A stretch of DNA of 64,000 nt from Camelus dromedarius (GCF_036321535.1 NC_087436.1:112656001-112720000), one strand, 5' to 3'; positions 13,480 to 25,017 are shown, counted from the first letter of the stretch. Program-made: numbers and translations. Notes: generated by a model from the sequence alone, not told the origin.

Positions 13480-13900
13480 GTTAAGAGATGTGACATAGGG
13501 CCTTCCTTTAAGAGAAATAAACATTAATATACTTTCCATTTGCATTCATACAAAGTGCTGTACCATCAACTCTTCACTGTCTCTTATTTTTCTAAAGTAA
13601 AGCATTAGCAATTTGAACTGCTGGACAGGAATTCTGAAACCTCATGGCTAATGAGCATTTTAAATTTGGAAAGCAAATACTGTTCTGTAGGTCTAAGATG
13701 GATGCTTTCTGCCAGACTAGATTTTAGCTTATGTTTATTTGGCCAACTTCCTCATTTTCTGACAATGAATATGTTTTTAATGTACATAATTTGACCGAAA
13801 AATTAATACTGCTTTGATGCAGTGATAAGCATTTTGTCTGTATGTGAGGTCACTTTTGAAGGAGGGGCTAGTTTTTGAGCAAATTTGGCCTGGCAAAATG
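13480..13900 (-). mobile_element. Possible hAT transposase C-terminal fossil
   Basis: Minus strand gives FPNLKML ... IPV/SSSNC*C.F..L.KIR with frameshifts, resembling the hAT dimerisation domain. Confidence 0.35.
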
Positions 13901-14129
13901 CACAGTTAAGACTCAGCTGAGAGCAAAACCTCACCCACTGGATAACCACTGGTGACTTACAAACAGGGGCCAGCCCTCTAGGTCAGGGAACCACACGGCA
14001 GTACAACATGCATGAGAGCAAAGTCAGATTTTGAACTTCAAAACTATCAGTGACCAGACTGCATAGGACACGTATTCAACCACCAGCCTTAGCTGTGGGT
14101 GGTCACTAGCTGTGTCCAGACATTCTATG

Positions 14130-15390
14130 GAACCCCCAAAGGAAACCTGCCATCCATCATTTCAATCTTTGGTGAAGAGAATGACACATCCCCAATCTAA
14201 TCAGGAGAAAAAAGCAGAGAAATTCCAGATGGAACACATTCTCAAAACACCTGACCGTACTCCTGAAAACTGTCAAGGTCATGAAAAACAAGGAACATTT
14301 GAAAAACCGTCACAACCAAGGGGACCCTAAGGAGTCTTGTCTATTAAATGTCACTTGGAATCTTGGATAGAATCCTGGGCAGAAAAGATCATTAGGAATT
14401 GAACACATATGTCCATAGCAAAGCCTGCACGCAAATGTTAATAGAAGCTTTTCTCATAGTTACAAAAATGATGGAGCAGCTGAGATGTCCATCAGGAGGT
14501 GAATGGATAAATAAACTGTGGTCCATCCGGTGGAATGTTATTCAGTGCTAAAAAGAAGTGAGCTATCAAACCACAAAAAGAAACAAAGGAAACTTAAAAT
14601 CATATCACTGAGTGAAAGAAGCCATTCAGAAAAGAGTAAGTTCTGTATGATTCCAACTATATGACACTTGTGAAAGGCAAAACTACGGAGCCAGTAAAAA
14701 GACTGGGTATCTCCAGTGGTTGGGGGAGGTGGGGTGAGCAGGTGTGACGCAGAGGATTTTTAGGGCAGTGAAACTCCTCTGGATGACACTATAATGGTGG
14801 AAACATGTTATTATGTTTGTCAGAACCCGTGGATTATACAGCCCCAAGAGGGAACTATTATGAAACCTATGGACTTGGGGTAATTACAATGTGTCAAGAA
14901 ACGTTCATCAGCTATTGTGATTGTACCACCCTGGTGGAAAATCTTGACAGTGTTTGTGAAGGACAGGGTTGATATGGGAATTTTCTGCACTTTCCACTCA
15001 ATGTTGCTGGGAACCAAAAACCACTCTTAAAAATAATATCCAGTAATAGCCTCCAATGAATAAGAATATTAAAGAGTATATATACATGTAACTGAATCAC
15101 AATGCTGTATACCAGAAATTAACACAGCATTATGAATAAACTAAACTTCAATTAAATAAAGTCTCTTGATGATTTAAAAAAAGAACACTAGGTAAAAAGT
15201 AAGGAGGGCTGAACAAAATATGGACTTTAGCAGTAATACATCAATATTGGTTCAATAGTTTTATTAATGTAGCATTATTTTGCAAAAGGTTGACAACAGA
15301 GGAACCTGGATTGGAGGTAGGGCAAGGGAAACTATCTTTGCCAATATTTTGTAAAGTTAATACTAGTCTAATATTTAAAAATGTATATAT
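14130..15390 (+). mobile_element. Nested old L1M (L1MC-type) 3' ends
   Basis: The outer L1MC-like tail (14130-14397 and 15190-15390) is split by an L1MC1-like copy (14400-15035) and a younger L1 tail (15050-15160). Near-duplication aaaagatcattagg / aaaagaacactagg at the junctions. Confidence 0.7.
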
Positions 15391-15995
15391 TAAAGAGAGA
15401 GTTTACAATTTATCAAAGTAAGGGTACATCATTTTTCATGAAAGTATTAGAAGTGGCCTCCATTCAGTCTTTCCTAATCACATGCCAGGCACATGCTTAG
15501 CCTCAGCTTCACATCTGGACCACAAAATCTGGCAAAAAAAGAGTTGATGAGCCTTTACAGAGTCTGTTCTCCAGGAGTCAGGGAAGCCCTCAGTTCTGGG
15601 AGTATGGGGGGGTCATGGAACCTGCTGAGAGCAGCCTTGCTGAGGTTCCAAACCCCGTCCAGCTCCCCAGGGCACAGCAGTGCAGGTGTATGCTTTTTCA
15701 GCACGTCGAGCTGTGAGTTAGTGTGTGGATAGAGCCTCAGCATGATGCTAGCACACTGGGAGTGACGGTCTATTTCTCTCCATGGATGTCCATGAAAAAC
15801 GGGCAATGGGGAAGCTTCAGGGGACCAAGGACACCAACAAAGAGGAGATGGCATTTGAGATGGATCTTGAAGGATGAGTCATTGTGTGTCTGGCAAAGTA
15901 GAACTGGAAGGGCATTCCAAGTAAAGGGAACAGCAGTAGCAAAGGCAGGAAGGGGAAGAATTCACCAGGTATTCAGGAAATGCTGGATGAGTGGC

Positions 15996-15998
<3 letters not shown>

Positions 15999-16043
<45 letters not shown>

Positions 16044-16054
16044 TGTGTGTGTGT
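15999..16054. repeat. (TG)n microsatellite
   Basis: About 27 TG units with one interruption. Confidence 0.98.
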
Positions 16055-16699
16055 CTAGAAATGAGTTTGAAATAACAAGCTCAGCCAAGAGGAAAAAGAC
16101 TACACAGCCTGGTCTAAGATTGTTCCCCCTGTTTGGAAAAGAAAGATCAAGGCAGAAGTTGGCACAGGGTCACAGGAAAAGCTGGGGGTTCACGGGAAGC
16201 CAGTGAAGAAAGTTCCCTGCTCCCTGCCAGAGCTTGGAGACATCTCTCAGAAAAGATCCCGGAGTCCACGTGTTTTTGTTTTTCTAATTTTGCTTTGTGT
16301 TCTGACCTATAGTCTTTCTCCAGAAAGAATCTGGCTGCCACTTTAGGATCAAGATGAATTTCTCATTTTGCAGGAGACCACCTCGATCTGTACTTCCTTG
16401 TGAAACAAAGCAGCTTTGTCTTGCCTGTGTCCAAGTAATCCCCCAAAATACCACATTGTGAGTGCCTGTTTGTGTGGTTCAACAAAGCGAACAGAGGGTT
16501 GGATCTTAGGGTGAGCCAGCTTTACATGGGGCTTGGAGTCTGGGGAAATAGCCTCCTTCCATGCGATTCATGAAGAAAACCTTTGAATCACTGAGAGAAC
16601 CAGTCACTACCCAGAGCTCTGTGATCTTGGAATTCTCAAACAGGTGGAACTTGAATGGAATCCATCCACAGTCACAACTTTTTGTATCTTTATTGTGGG

Positions 16700-17215
16700 T
16701 CAGGACAATGTTTTTGAAAGTTACAATTAGCTACCAACCCAATTCTATAAACACACATCAAGATGTCAGAGGAGCTCTTAAAATTTCATGAAATGTCCAT
16801 TTTTATTTTTAAAATTGTATATGTGAAAAAAAATCATTAGGTCAGAAAATACTGATCTTCATGCCAACTTGTTTTTGGTCAACTGGCACTGAGTGTTGAC
16901 ATTTGGATATCAGGAACTACCCTGTTTGCCACAGTCCCCATCACTCCTTATTGCCTCATTGTCCCTGTCCCAGAGACAAGGCTCAGTTGCCATTTATCAT
17001 CACACATGTGCTGTTGTTTTCCTTACAACTGAGTCAAAAAGGAAAATGACAAATTTCTTGTGCCCAAACATCATGAAAAGTAAAGAAACAAATTATAGAG
17101 ATCTACATCTTTATGGAAGTGAGTTCTTTTTATATGGTCAATGTGAAAACAAAATGTATCTATTTTTAAAGAATACAACTTATGAACCAAATCTGTTCTG
17201 CTTCATTTCATGTTA
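16700..17215. mobile_element. Old DNA transposon fragment (hAT-Tip100/Zaphod-like)
   Basis: AT-rich block containing gccacagtccccatcactcc, recalled from a consensus. Family call tentative. Confidence 0.3.
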
Positions 17216-17639
17216 ATAGCTCAGCCTCCTATAATTTAGTATGAAGCCTTACATGAGGGGCTGTGGTTGTCAGCTATCAGGAGATGAGCAAATGGAAATT
17301 CAGAGAAGTTAAGATCACAGCCAAACAGATGCTGTATCCAGGGCTCCATCCACGTAGGTCATTCTGCTACCAGACTCTGCCTAGAAAAGCCTGACCAGAG
17401 TGAGGTCCCCCACATGTGGCCAGAAGGTGAATTTTTTTAAATCAAAAACCCAGATCAAGAATTTCCTCCTTATTAACCTCTCAGGGCCCAAGGATGCCTC
17501 TGCTCACACAGTAACTTCAGGTGCTTCACAGGAAACAGGAACTCAGAGACCGAGATGGCTTCCCCAGCTCAGTCCTTCATTCATCGAATGTTCATTGAGA
17601 GCAGCAGATAGGAAAAGATCAGATAGTGGACTCCAAGCG

Positions 17640-17800
17640 TCGGGGCTTCAAACTCTGGGCTTCTCATCCTCCTAACCCTGTGACTTTGGACAAGCCGTGA
17701 GTATCTCCAAGCTCCAACATTCCATCTGTAAAATGGGATGAATTATAGGTTACGCATACCATGGAGGGGACTGTGATGAGAATGAAGGGAGAGCTTTGGG
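17640..17800 (+). mobile_element. MIR SINE
   Basis: ctgtgactttggacaagcc...catctgtaaaatggga core. Confidence 0.7.
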
Positions 17801-17959
17801 TAAAATGGGCTTATTGTTTGTAACTTCCCCTCCAAGATTTTGCTGCTGGGGTCCTTACCCAATCAAGGAGGGTCTTTACAAGGCTGAGCTGTCCTAAACC
17901 GGCTGCTGGGGGGAAAGGAAAGGGCTTGGAAGAACCTGGTCTAATGCCACACATGTAAC

Positions 17960-18111
17960 ACCCTCCCACCCCGCCCCCCACAAGATTACATCAACCACTT
18001 TCCCTGCAGGAAATGGCTGTCTCTGAAGGGGCGTGGCTGGGAGGAGTGTGAGTAAAGCTACACAGGTTTGTGAGTTGTAAAACCCTTGTCTATCTGGGCA
18101 CTTGTATAAAA
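17960..18111 (+). promoter_or_regulatory. FGFBP1: FGFBP1 proximal promoter
   Basis: CACCC/GC box cluster at 17961-17980, GGGGCGTGG (Sp/KLF) at 18028-18036, AP-1-like TGAGTAA at 18049-18055, C/EBP-like TTGTAAAA near 18075 and TATAAAA at 18105-18111. It lies just upstream of a strong splice donor and matches the recalled layout of the human FGF-BP promoter. Confidence 0.8.
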
Positions 18112-18134
18112 GGCCGTCCCTGCCTCATACTGTG

Positions 18135-18207
18135 GACAAGACAGCTGTAAGCCTGCAAGCTCACTCCTACATCTGGGATCACACTGGATCTGCAAACTCA
18201 GAGCCAG
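18135..18207 (+). other. FGFBP1: FGFBP1 non-coding exon 1 (start approximate, about 30 nt after the TATA box)
   Basis: Ends at donor CAG|GTAAGA (18207/18208). No ATG lies between the TATA box and the donor. Confidence 0.75.
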
Positions 18208-18478
18208 GTAAGAGCCTAGCTCTCTAGAGAGTTTCATTGCCTGTCCCCCTCCCAGCTCCCATGAGGACCTCAGGTTCCTGGGGTCTGGACCCCAGCAGAG
18301 ACATGTGGGCGCTGAGTCCCAGTGCCGTGAGGAATGAGTGGGTCTTCATCTGATATGCCTGGCTCCCATCCAGCCTTCATTTCGGAAGCCCACGTTTGGT
18401 GACTATCCTGTATCAATCCTGAAGGGATGCCATGTGCTAAGAGTAGAAATGAGATCAGGGCCACTTCCTGCCTCTTTT

Positions 18479-18731
18479 GTTTTTAAGTTTTTTTTATTGA
18501 AATGTAGTTGATTTACAATGTTAGTTTCAGGTGTACAGCAAAGTGATTCAGTTACACAGATATATATACTTTTTCAGATTCTTTTCCATTGTAGTTTATT
18601 ACAAGATATTGAATGTAGTTCCCTGTGCTACACAGTAGGTGCTTGTCGTTGATCTATTTTATGTATAGTAACATGTGTCTGTTAATCCCCAACCCCTAGT
18701 TTTCCCTCCCCGCCCTTTCCCCTTTGTGAGA
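18479..18731 (-). mobile_element. LINE-1 3' tail in FGFBP1 intron 1 (antisense)
   Basis: Poly-T start and L1 tail; perfect 12-bp TSD CCTGCCTCTTTT at 18467-18478 and 18732-18743. Confidence 0.9.
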
Positions 18732-18919
18732 CCTGCCTCTTTTTAAACAAAATTCTGTATTCTTTTAAAATGGAGCACTGATCATAATAATCAGCTTATC
18801 ACCCTGAACTAAGCCAAACCAAATCTTGAGTTTTTCATAATTGCTTTTTTATTTCTTGCCAATGTTTTCTGAAAGGCAGAGTAAGGTGAAGGCAAGAGGT
18901 CTTCAGTGAGGGCTGGTGT

Positions 18920-19135
18920 ACAGGACCAGAGAGAGAAGTTCTGGCTGTCTGTCCCAGCTTTGTCACTTGACCACCAGGGGACACTGAGCAATTTGTTTGC
19001 CATTCTGAACCTTAACTGTCATATCTGTTACCTGGGGGTGATGTTTTATTACCTACCAGGCAGGGCTCTTGTGTGGATTAACAAGACAAGAATTAAATAC
19101 CGGTCAAGTGCTTAGCACATAGTAGGTATCAAATT
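18920..19135 (+). mobile_element. MIR SINE
   Basis: tcccagctttgtcactt...catatctgt...aagtgcttagcacatagtagg. Confidence 0.6.
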
Positions 19136-20155
19136 AAAATGCTAATTCTCTTCTTTCAAGTGTGGTTTTTGTTGCCCACCTGATAAAATCTATGCAGTTT
19201 GGTGTAGCAATTAAGGTCATCCTATTTGTTCAATGATTACTTTTGAAAAGCACTTATTGTGGGCTTTCTGTATGTCAAGCACAGTGCCACAAGTCTAAAG
19301 GCTCCAGTGGAAATTCACCCCTATCCACCCTGGTTCACGTTGCCCAGTCAAGTTGGGTGACTTCCCCTCTTGCATGACTCTCCCTAGCTCTTACTGAATC
19401 CCAAATACCCCTCCTCCCAAGCCCCGCTCCATCCCCCATCTCAGAGTCTCCAAACTTCATGCATGTCTAACCTTGGGTCAAACATCACCTTTCATGTCAC
19501 TTACCATGTCCTTCATCATTGTGTGGTCATCTGAGTGCACATCGAACAGTGAGAGAGAAATTCAGCACGCTGGAGCTGGAAGAGGGTTGACGATGATCTC
19601 ACCCACCATCTTGATTTCCAGATAAAGAAGCTGAGACCCAGAATGGGAGAGAGACTTGCCCAAGATCAAGCTGGGGACACAGTTGGGATAGACTCCTGGT
19701 CCACGTTATTCAGAGTCCCCAAAGAGTTGCCTCTAAGTTTTTAAGACATGAGACTTTCTTACTTACCTCGAGGAATTCAACATCCAGTCTAGTGCACAGC
19801 TAGTAGAAGCAGCTCCATGAGTGCTTAGTGAGTGATGAGCACAGGAGTGAGTGAGCAAGTGTGCAGTAATTCAGTGAGTGATTGAGGGAGTGAGAGTTAA
19901 GGATGTTCAGAGTGGTGATGAATGAATGAAGAGTAAGAACTTGCTGACATTCAAGATTCAAGTCAAGCAGAAGTATAATTAGACAGACTGCTTGTTTACT
20001 AATTCCAGGGAAGAGAAGGATCTTTGATCTCGCTCCTCTGCAGGCAGGCACGGGTCTGGGTGGAGGGAGGGTCATCCTGCAGCCCAGCACTACAGAACGC
20101 TGCCTGACACTGACTCACTGCCTTTTGTCACACAGGTTCCCACCAAGCTGAAGCC

Positions 20156-20869
20156 ATGAGGGTCCAGAGCCTCACCCTTCTCTCCCTCCTCCTTCTGGCT
20201 GCTCTGGTGCTCTCGGTGGAGGCCGAAAAAGAAAGAAAGAAACGACATGGCAGTAAAGCCAGCACAGATAAATTGCATGCTCCGGGCAAGCCCCAGATGG
20301 AGCCGAGAAGCCAGCCATCCAAGCACCTGACCAAAGGCAAGTTTGTTACCCAAGACCACGCCAACTGCAGATGGGCGGTGACTGAGCAGGAGGAGGGCAT
20401 TGCCCTGAAGGTCGAGTGCACTCGGCAGGACAATAAGTTTTCCTGTTTCTTCACTGGCAATCCAACCTCATGCTTTGAGTCAAACCAAAAGAACGTCTAT
20501 TGGAAACAAATTGGCCGGAACCTACGCTCTCAAAAGATCATCTGTGGGGACTCCAAGAGCGTCCTGAAGACCAGGGTGTGCAGAAAGAAGTTTCCAGAAT
20601 CCAATCTCAAGCTGGTGAACTCCACTCTGATTAGAAACCAGAAATCCAGCCAGAAGTTAATGAAGCCTTCTACCGAAGAGCAGAGTGAGGTCGAAAAGAC
20701 CACCCTTTCCAGCCCAGCAAAGACTCAGACCACGGCCACCAATTATTCCAAGTGTGTGGAGGACCCAGACTTGGTAAACCAGAGGAAGATAGCTTTAGAC
20801 TACTGTGGGGAGTCCTGGAGCTTTTTCTGCAATTTCTTCATCTCCATGATACAGGGCAGTTCATGTTAA
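20156..20869 (+). CDS. FGFBP1: Fibroblast growth factor-binding protein 1 precursor (237 aa, entire CDS in one exon)
   Basis: Hydrophobic signal peptide (MRVQSLTLLSLLLLAALVLSVEA) followed by a basic stretch. Family motifs KGKFVTQD-ANCRW, FSCFFTGNPTSC, YWKQIGRNLRSQKIIC, VLKTRVCRKKFPESNLKLV and CVEDPD...ALDYCGESWS...C-stop. Ten cysteines in FGF-BP spacing; start context gaagccATG. Confidence 0.98.
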   Translation: MRVQSLTLLSLLLLAALVLSVEAEKERKKRHGSKASTDKLHAPGKPQMEPRSQPSKHLTKGKFVTQDHANCRWAVTEQEEGIALKVECTRQDNKFSCFFTGNPTSCFESNQKNVYWKQIGRNLRSQKIICGDSKSVLKTRVCRKKFPESNLKLVNSTLIRNQKSSQKLMKPSTEEQSEVEKTTLSSPAKTQTTATNYSKCVEDPDLVNQRKIALDYCGESWSFFCNFFISMIQGSSC

Positions 20870-21225
20870 TGAAGTCAAAATTGAACAGAGCCCACTAGGA
20901 GGTGCCATGTCAAAACTTTTCCATGTGCTGTAAAGATCTCCTGGTTACCTGTAAGATGAACATTTGTGCTATGAGAGTGCAACAGTTTATTTAAACAGAT
21001 TTTGTAATTTTTGCTTTTGTGTTTTGGTATTTGTTTTATATTCATTTCCTGAGATGTGATTTCCAGAGGCTGTTGACCTCTGTATGTTTCCATGACCCCT
21101 AAAGCTATGTTTATATGAGCACTAAGGACCAGTCTTTGAGCTGAATGAGTCAGAGTGATGATTTCAGTTCAATGCACTTTCTGCACAATTAACAAACATA
21201 ATAAAGCTCTGTGTGTTTTTCAGAA
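20870..21225 (+). terminator. FGFBP1: FGFBP1 3' UTR with polyadenylation signal
   Basis: U-rich tract at ~21000-21050, ATTTA at 20989-20993, AATAAA at 21200-21205 followed by a GT/T-rich stretch (gtgtgttttt). Confidence 0.75.
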
Positions 21226-21689
21226 ATACGTCCAACCATTGTTTGGTTTCTCTATATCTAGTTCGAATGAACTCATAAACAGGCCCTCACATAAGTGGAA
21301 AAAATATCCTGTTACCATCCTAAGTCATCCATAAGGGGACCCACCCAGAATCTCCATCTGCATACTTCCATGCTTTGGTCTGAAGTATTTGATGCTGACT
21401 GAACTGATTTCCAGTGGGGCACCTGAAGCATAAAGTTATTGGTTGATACCTGTCAGGGTCTCACAGAAGGTAAGAAGGGAGGCAGGACTGGAACCCAGGA
21501 GGTCGGCAGGGTGGCCAGGTCCACAGGCTGGAGGGGCATCCTCCATCGATTCAAGTCAGGGCTGCCCATTACCACTCGCCATATACAGGACCTCTGACCG
21601 TGAGCTCGTTTCCAGCCTGGGGAGAGGGGCCTAAGTAAGTACAGCTTCCTGAGATGAAGACTCCAATACAAGGGTAGAGGCAGCATGGA

Positions 21690-22010
21690 AAACCAGAGAG
21701 AGGAGGCAGAAACTTCTGGAAGATCTCAGGTTGAGCTTCAGAGAAGAGGTGATACCAGAGCTAGAATTTGGAGAGAGTTTCTTTAGGTAGGAAGTGGGGC
21801 AGAATGGAGGCACATTAGGCAGATGACAGACGTATGGTGAAGCTTCCACACAAAGACACACTCATCTCCACTTCTGTGGTCAATGCAGATCCAGTGGCCA
21901 CACCCAAGTTTAAGGGGGCCGGAAAATGCCATCTTATGGTGTATCCAGGTGGGAGAAAACTGCATAGAATAATGACTCTTACACATAGCTAATAACTGTA
22001 CCACTCTGAA
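21690..22010 (-). mobile_element. Old MaLR LTR (MLT1K/L-like)
   Basis: gtggccacacccaagtttaagggg..ggaaaatgc motif. Confidence 0.4.
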
Positions 22011-24158
22011 TGTTTCACAAGAGATTTTTCCATACCTGAGGTCTCACTGTCTTTAAATTCCCTGGGTGACTGTGAACCTCACAATGGCAAATGTAGATGT
22101 GATTCTAGGTAATGGGGCCTTGAGATTTCTGAGCAGGGAAGGACAGAGTGCTAAAGTTCCATAAGTAAATGAAGGCAAGCATCAACGCGGTGCTGGAAAC
22201 CAATGCCGATGCTGGTAGAGCGCAGGGGGCACTTGCCGTGGGAGACGTCAAAGACGGCAGCCATGGAAAAGCTGCTGGAACAGTCCAGGTGCAACCTGGA
22301 CTTGGGATGGTGGCGACGAAAAGACAAGAGAATACTACAGAGACACTCTGATGCACGAAACACTGAGTATCTACTCTGTGCCAAGCACTGCAGGGCACTG
22401 GACGCGCAGAGATGGGTGAGAATGACCAGACGGCGGAGGCACTTCCAGTCCTGGTGGGGGAGACAGACATGAACAACTCTTCCTCTTGGGAAACAAATAG
22501 AATTAGTGAACCTTGACCTTGGATGTGGCCATTGGCCTTGCCTTGGCCAAAGAAGTAGAAATGAGCATGTCACTTGGCTGCCTCTGTTCTCACCCTGTGC
22601 CCACCTCAGAGTAAGACTTAAAACTTAGTTGTATTCCTGGAAAAGTAAACCTGCAACCTCCCTTTAAAGAGGGTCCACATTTTACTGAAGATGGCGTGGA
22701 AAGCTGGAGAACGCTCCATCGGACACAGCACAGCAAAGCGAATGGTTACCAAGCCCCATTCAGTGGCGCCCTTCTTCCCCAACCCACGCTCTGACCACAG
22801 CCAGCCTCACTTCCTTGTCCCAGGCCACTGACACCCCCCTCTCCCCCACCCCCGTATTCCCCAAACTTCCTTTTCTCTTTGCAAAGTGATTTAGTGCTCT
22901 CTCTGTCTCAGCCTCTCCCAGCCTGCAGTCTGGCACACAGCACGGTCCTGGGCGTATGGCCAACCCTCCTGAGAACTCACCCTCTTCAGAAGGGGAAGTA
23001 GGTGATGAAAACGACTATCAGCTGCCTGTCTCAGTCCCTTGCCTTCCCTGACGCTCTTCCCAGAGCAGAGCGGCTTCAGCTCATCTATTACTTAACCTTT
23101 TCTCAGAGAACTTTGAGAAGACAAAGCAGGCCATTCACTCTGTGCAGGGACCCGTCTCAGTCTGTGTCTGACACCTTCCCTCTTCCTTTTGGCTCTGCCC
23201 TGTCGTTTAGCGCAGAGACACGTTTACCGGGTCCCTGGGTGCCTCCACTGAATGTGCTGGCCATGGGGGCTTGGCACTTTCTCTGCTTCTCACTCCTCCC
23301 AGCACTAGGGCTCCTGGCACTTGGGGAAGCGGCCCCTTCTGGGTCGCCTACCGATCCTCCCCCAGCAGATGCTCTGGAGAAACTTAGCTCACAGTACCAT
23401 TACTGTTTAGGTAGAATTAACATTCCAAATAAAAATCAAATGGTGAGTATTTAGAAATGTTCTTTCTACCAGTGTTAAAGCAACTATTAAATATTGTTCA
23501 TGTTTTTAAATATAGGAATAAACAAAACAATGCTCAGAGAGTGACACTCCGTCCTCGTGACGAGTGTCCATTCGCCAAATGATACTGGGATCGTTTCCCA
23601 TCGCTGGCCCCCCACGCACGACTGCTGGCTGGATTCTGCCTCGGCCCCAGCACGTCCTGGGGAAAGAGAGGCCCATATAACGAATGCCTTGAACAGGGCT
23701 CCTGTCCTCACCTCTGTCAGGCTTTCTAAAGTTTCCCCAGACCCTAGGGAAAGGCTTTTAACAAAGCCCTTCCTCCTCTTAGGAAGCAAATAGAATTAAT
23801 GAAACTCGGACACCTCTGGGTGTCCTCTTCCTGGAAAACAATCAAACAAACAAAAACCAGGCGGTTATGAGGAAGGAGAAACCGCTTGAGTGGCAGAAGT
23901 CCTCACCCCAGGACCTCTTGCTGGGAGATGGTGCTGGCCGAGGGCGATGTTCTTGTTAGCGGCAGAAGTAAACACCCGCCCTGCTGCTCTACCACGTATG
24001 ACGTAGGGAAGCTGGGCCTAAGGGGGATAGCAGGGCTCAGGGCACCTCGCACCTTCAAGGTGGTCAGCCGCTCGAGGCCACAGAGCTTGGCTGTCCACTG
24101 CAGAGTAACTGCCCTGAGTCCATCCTAGAGCCAAGGCCACTGCTCATGGTATTAATCA

Positions 24159-24686
24159 TGTTTTAAAATTTTCTATATTGCCTGATGCTTTGATGTCTTG
24201 GGGCCTTGCTTCCTCGGGAAGAGACCCCTGCTCCGGGGACTCGTCCCAGTAAAGGACCCACCTGCACGTGCTTTTTTCAAATGAGGATCCAATCCGAAGC
24301 CCACAGCCCAAGCCCCTCCCTCCCTGGGCTCACACAGGACTCCCACACTCCAGGCCAGTGTTCCCCTGCCCTGATCACACCGGAGCCAGGTACCAGACAC
24401 CTCAGGACAGCTGCGCCACTGCGGAGCCTGCTCAAATTAGACACACTAGCCAGTTCTCAGTCTGCCTCGTCTGCCGCTTCTCACAGGGACCCCAGTGCAG
24501 GCTCCTGCCGTGTTCTCCTCCCGCTGCCTCTGCCCCCTGACCAGGCCTGGTGCTTCCCCACGCGGCCTGCGCAGGGTGACGTGTGCCCCTCCTCCTGGGA
24601 GCTGCGAGCAATAAACTGCTCTTTCAATGGCAGCGTCTCAGCGTCTCACCGCACCTGAATAATAATGAAACCTGCATTTTCAAACG
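24159..24686 (+). mobile_element. Full-length MER74-like ERVL solo LTR
   Basis: Starts TGTTTT; contains ccacactccaggccagtgttcccctgccctgatcac...ggtaccagac; internal AATAAA...ctttcaatggcag; ends aataataatgaaacctgcattttcaaac. Confidence 0.8.
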
Positions 24687-25017
24687 CCTGCCTTGGGCAG
24701 AGGGCTGCAAGTGGTGTTGGCGATATTTAAATGTGCTTAGTTTTGTCTCGGATGGGGACAAAAGGTCAGTGACTAGTGTCAGTCTCTGGGTGTCCTGAAA
24801 CTTCTGTCTAACTGGATTAACAGAATCAAAGTATGCCCTAGGGCGGAGAGGCGAGTCACTGACAATCTGACAGGTCCTAAAATCGAATTAGGAAGCGTTT
24901 CCATGCATCTTTGTTTTGCAGTGAAGTTTGTCAGAATCCAAGCCTACGCATATTCTTCCCATAAAATCCCTTCCTTCTTAAATTAAGGTGACACGGGTCA
25001 AGGAGCATAATGATCTG

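Larger units (their letters stand above)
18208..20135 (+). other. FGFBP1: FGFBP1 intron 1
   Basis: GTAAGA donor; branch-like CACTGAC at 20108-20114; acceptor ccttttgtcacacAG at 20135, 20 nt before the ATG. Confidence 0.8.

Noticed and set aside
1..17900. FGFBP2, expected upstream by mammalian synteny
   Set aside because: No ORF or remnant with FGFBP2-type motifs was recognised. It probably lies outside the window, and absence cannot be claimed.
19815..19930. GAGT/GAAT-rich repeat in the FGFBP1 intron
   Set aside because: Low-complexity tract consistent with a decayed L2-type tail.
20090..20460. Antisense ORFs over FGFBP1
   Set aside because: Shadow frames of the real CDS.
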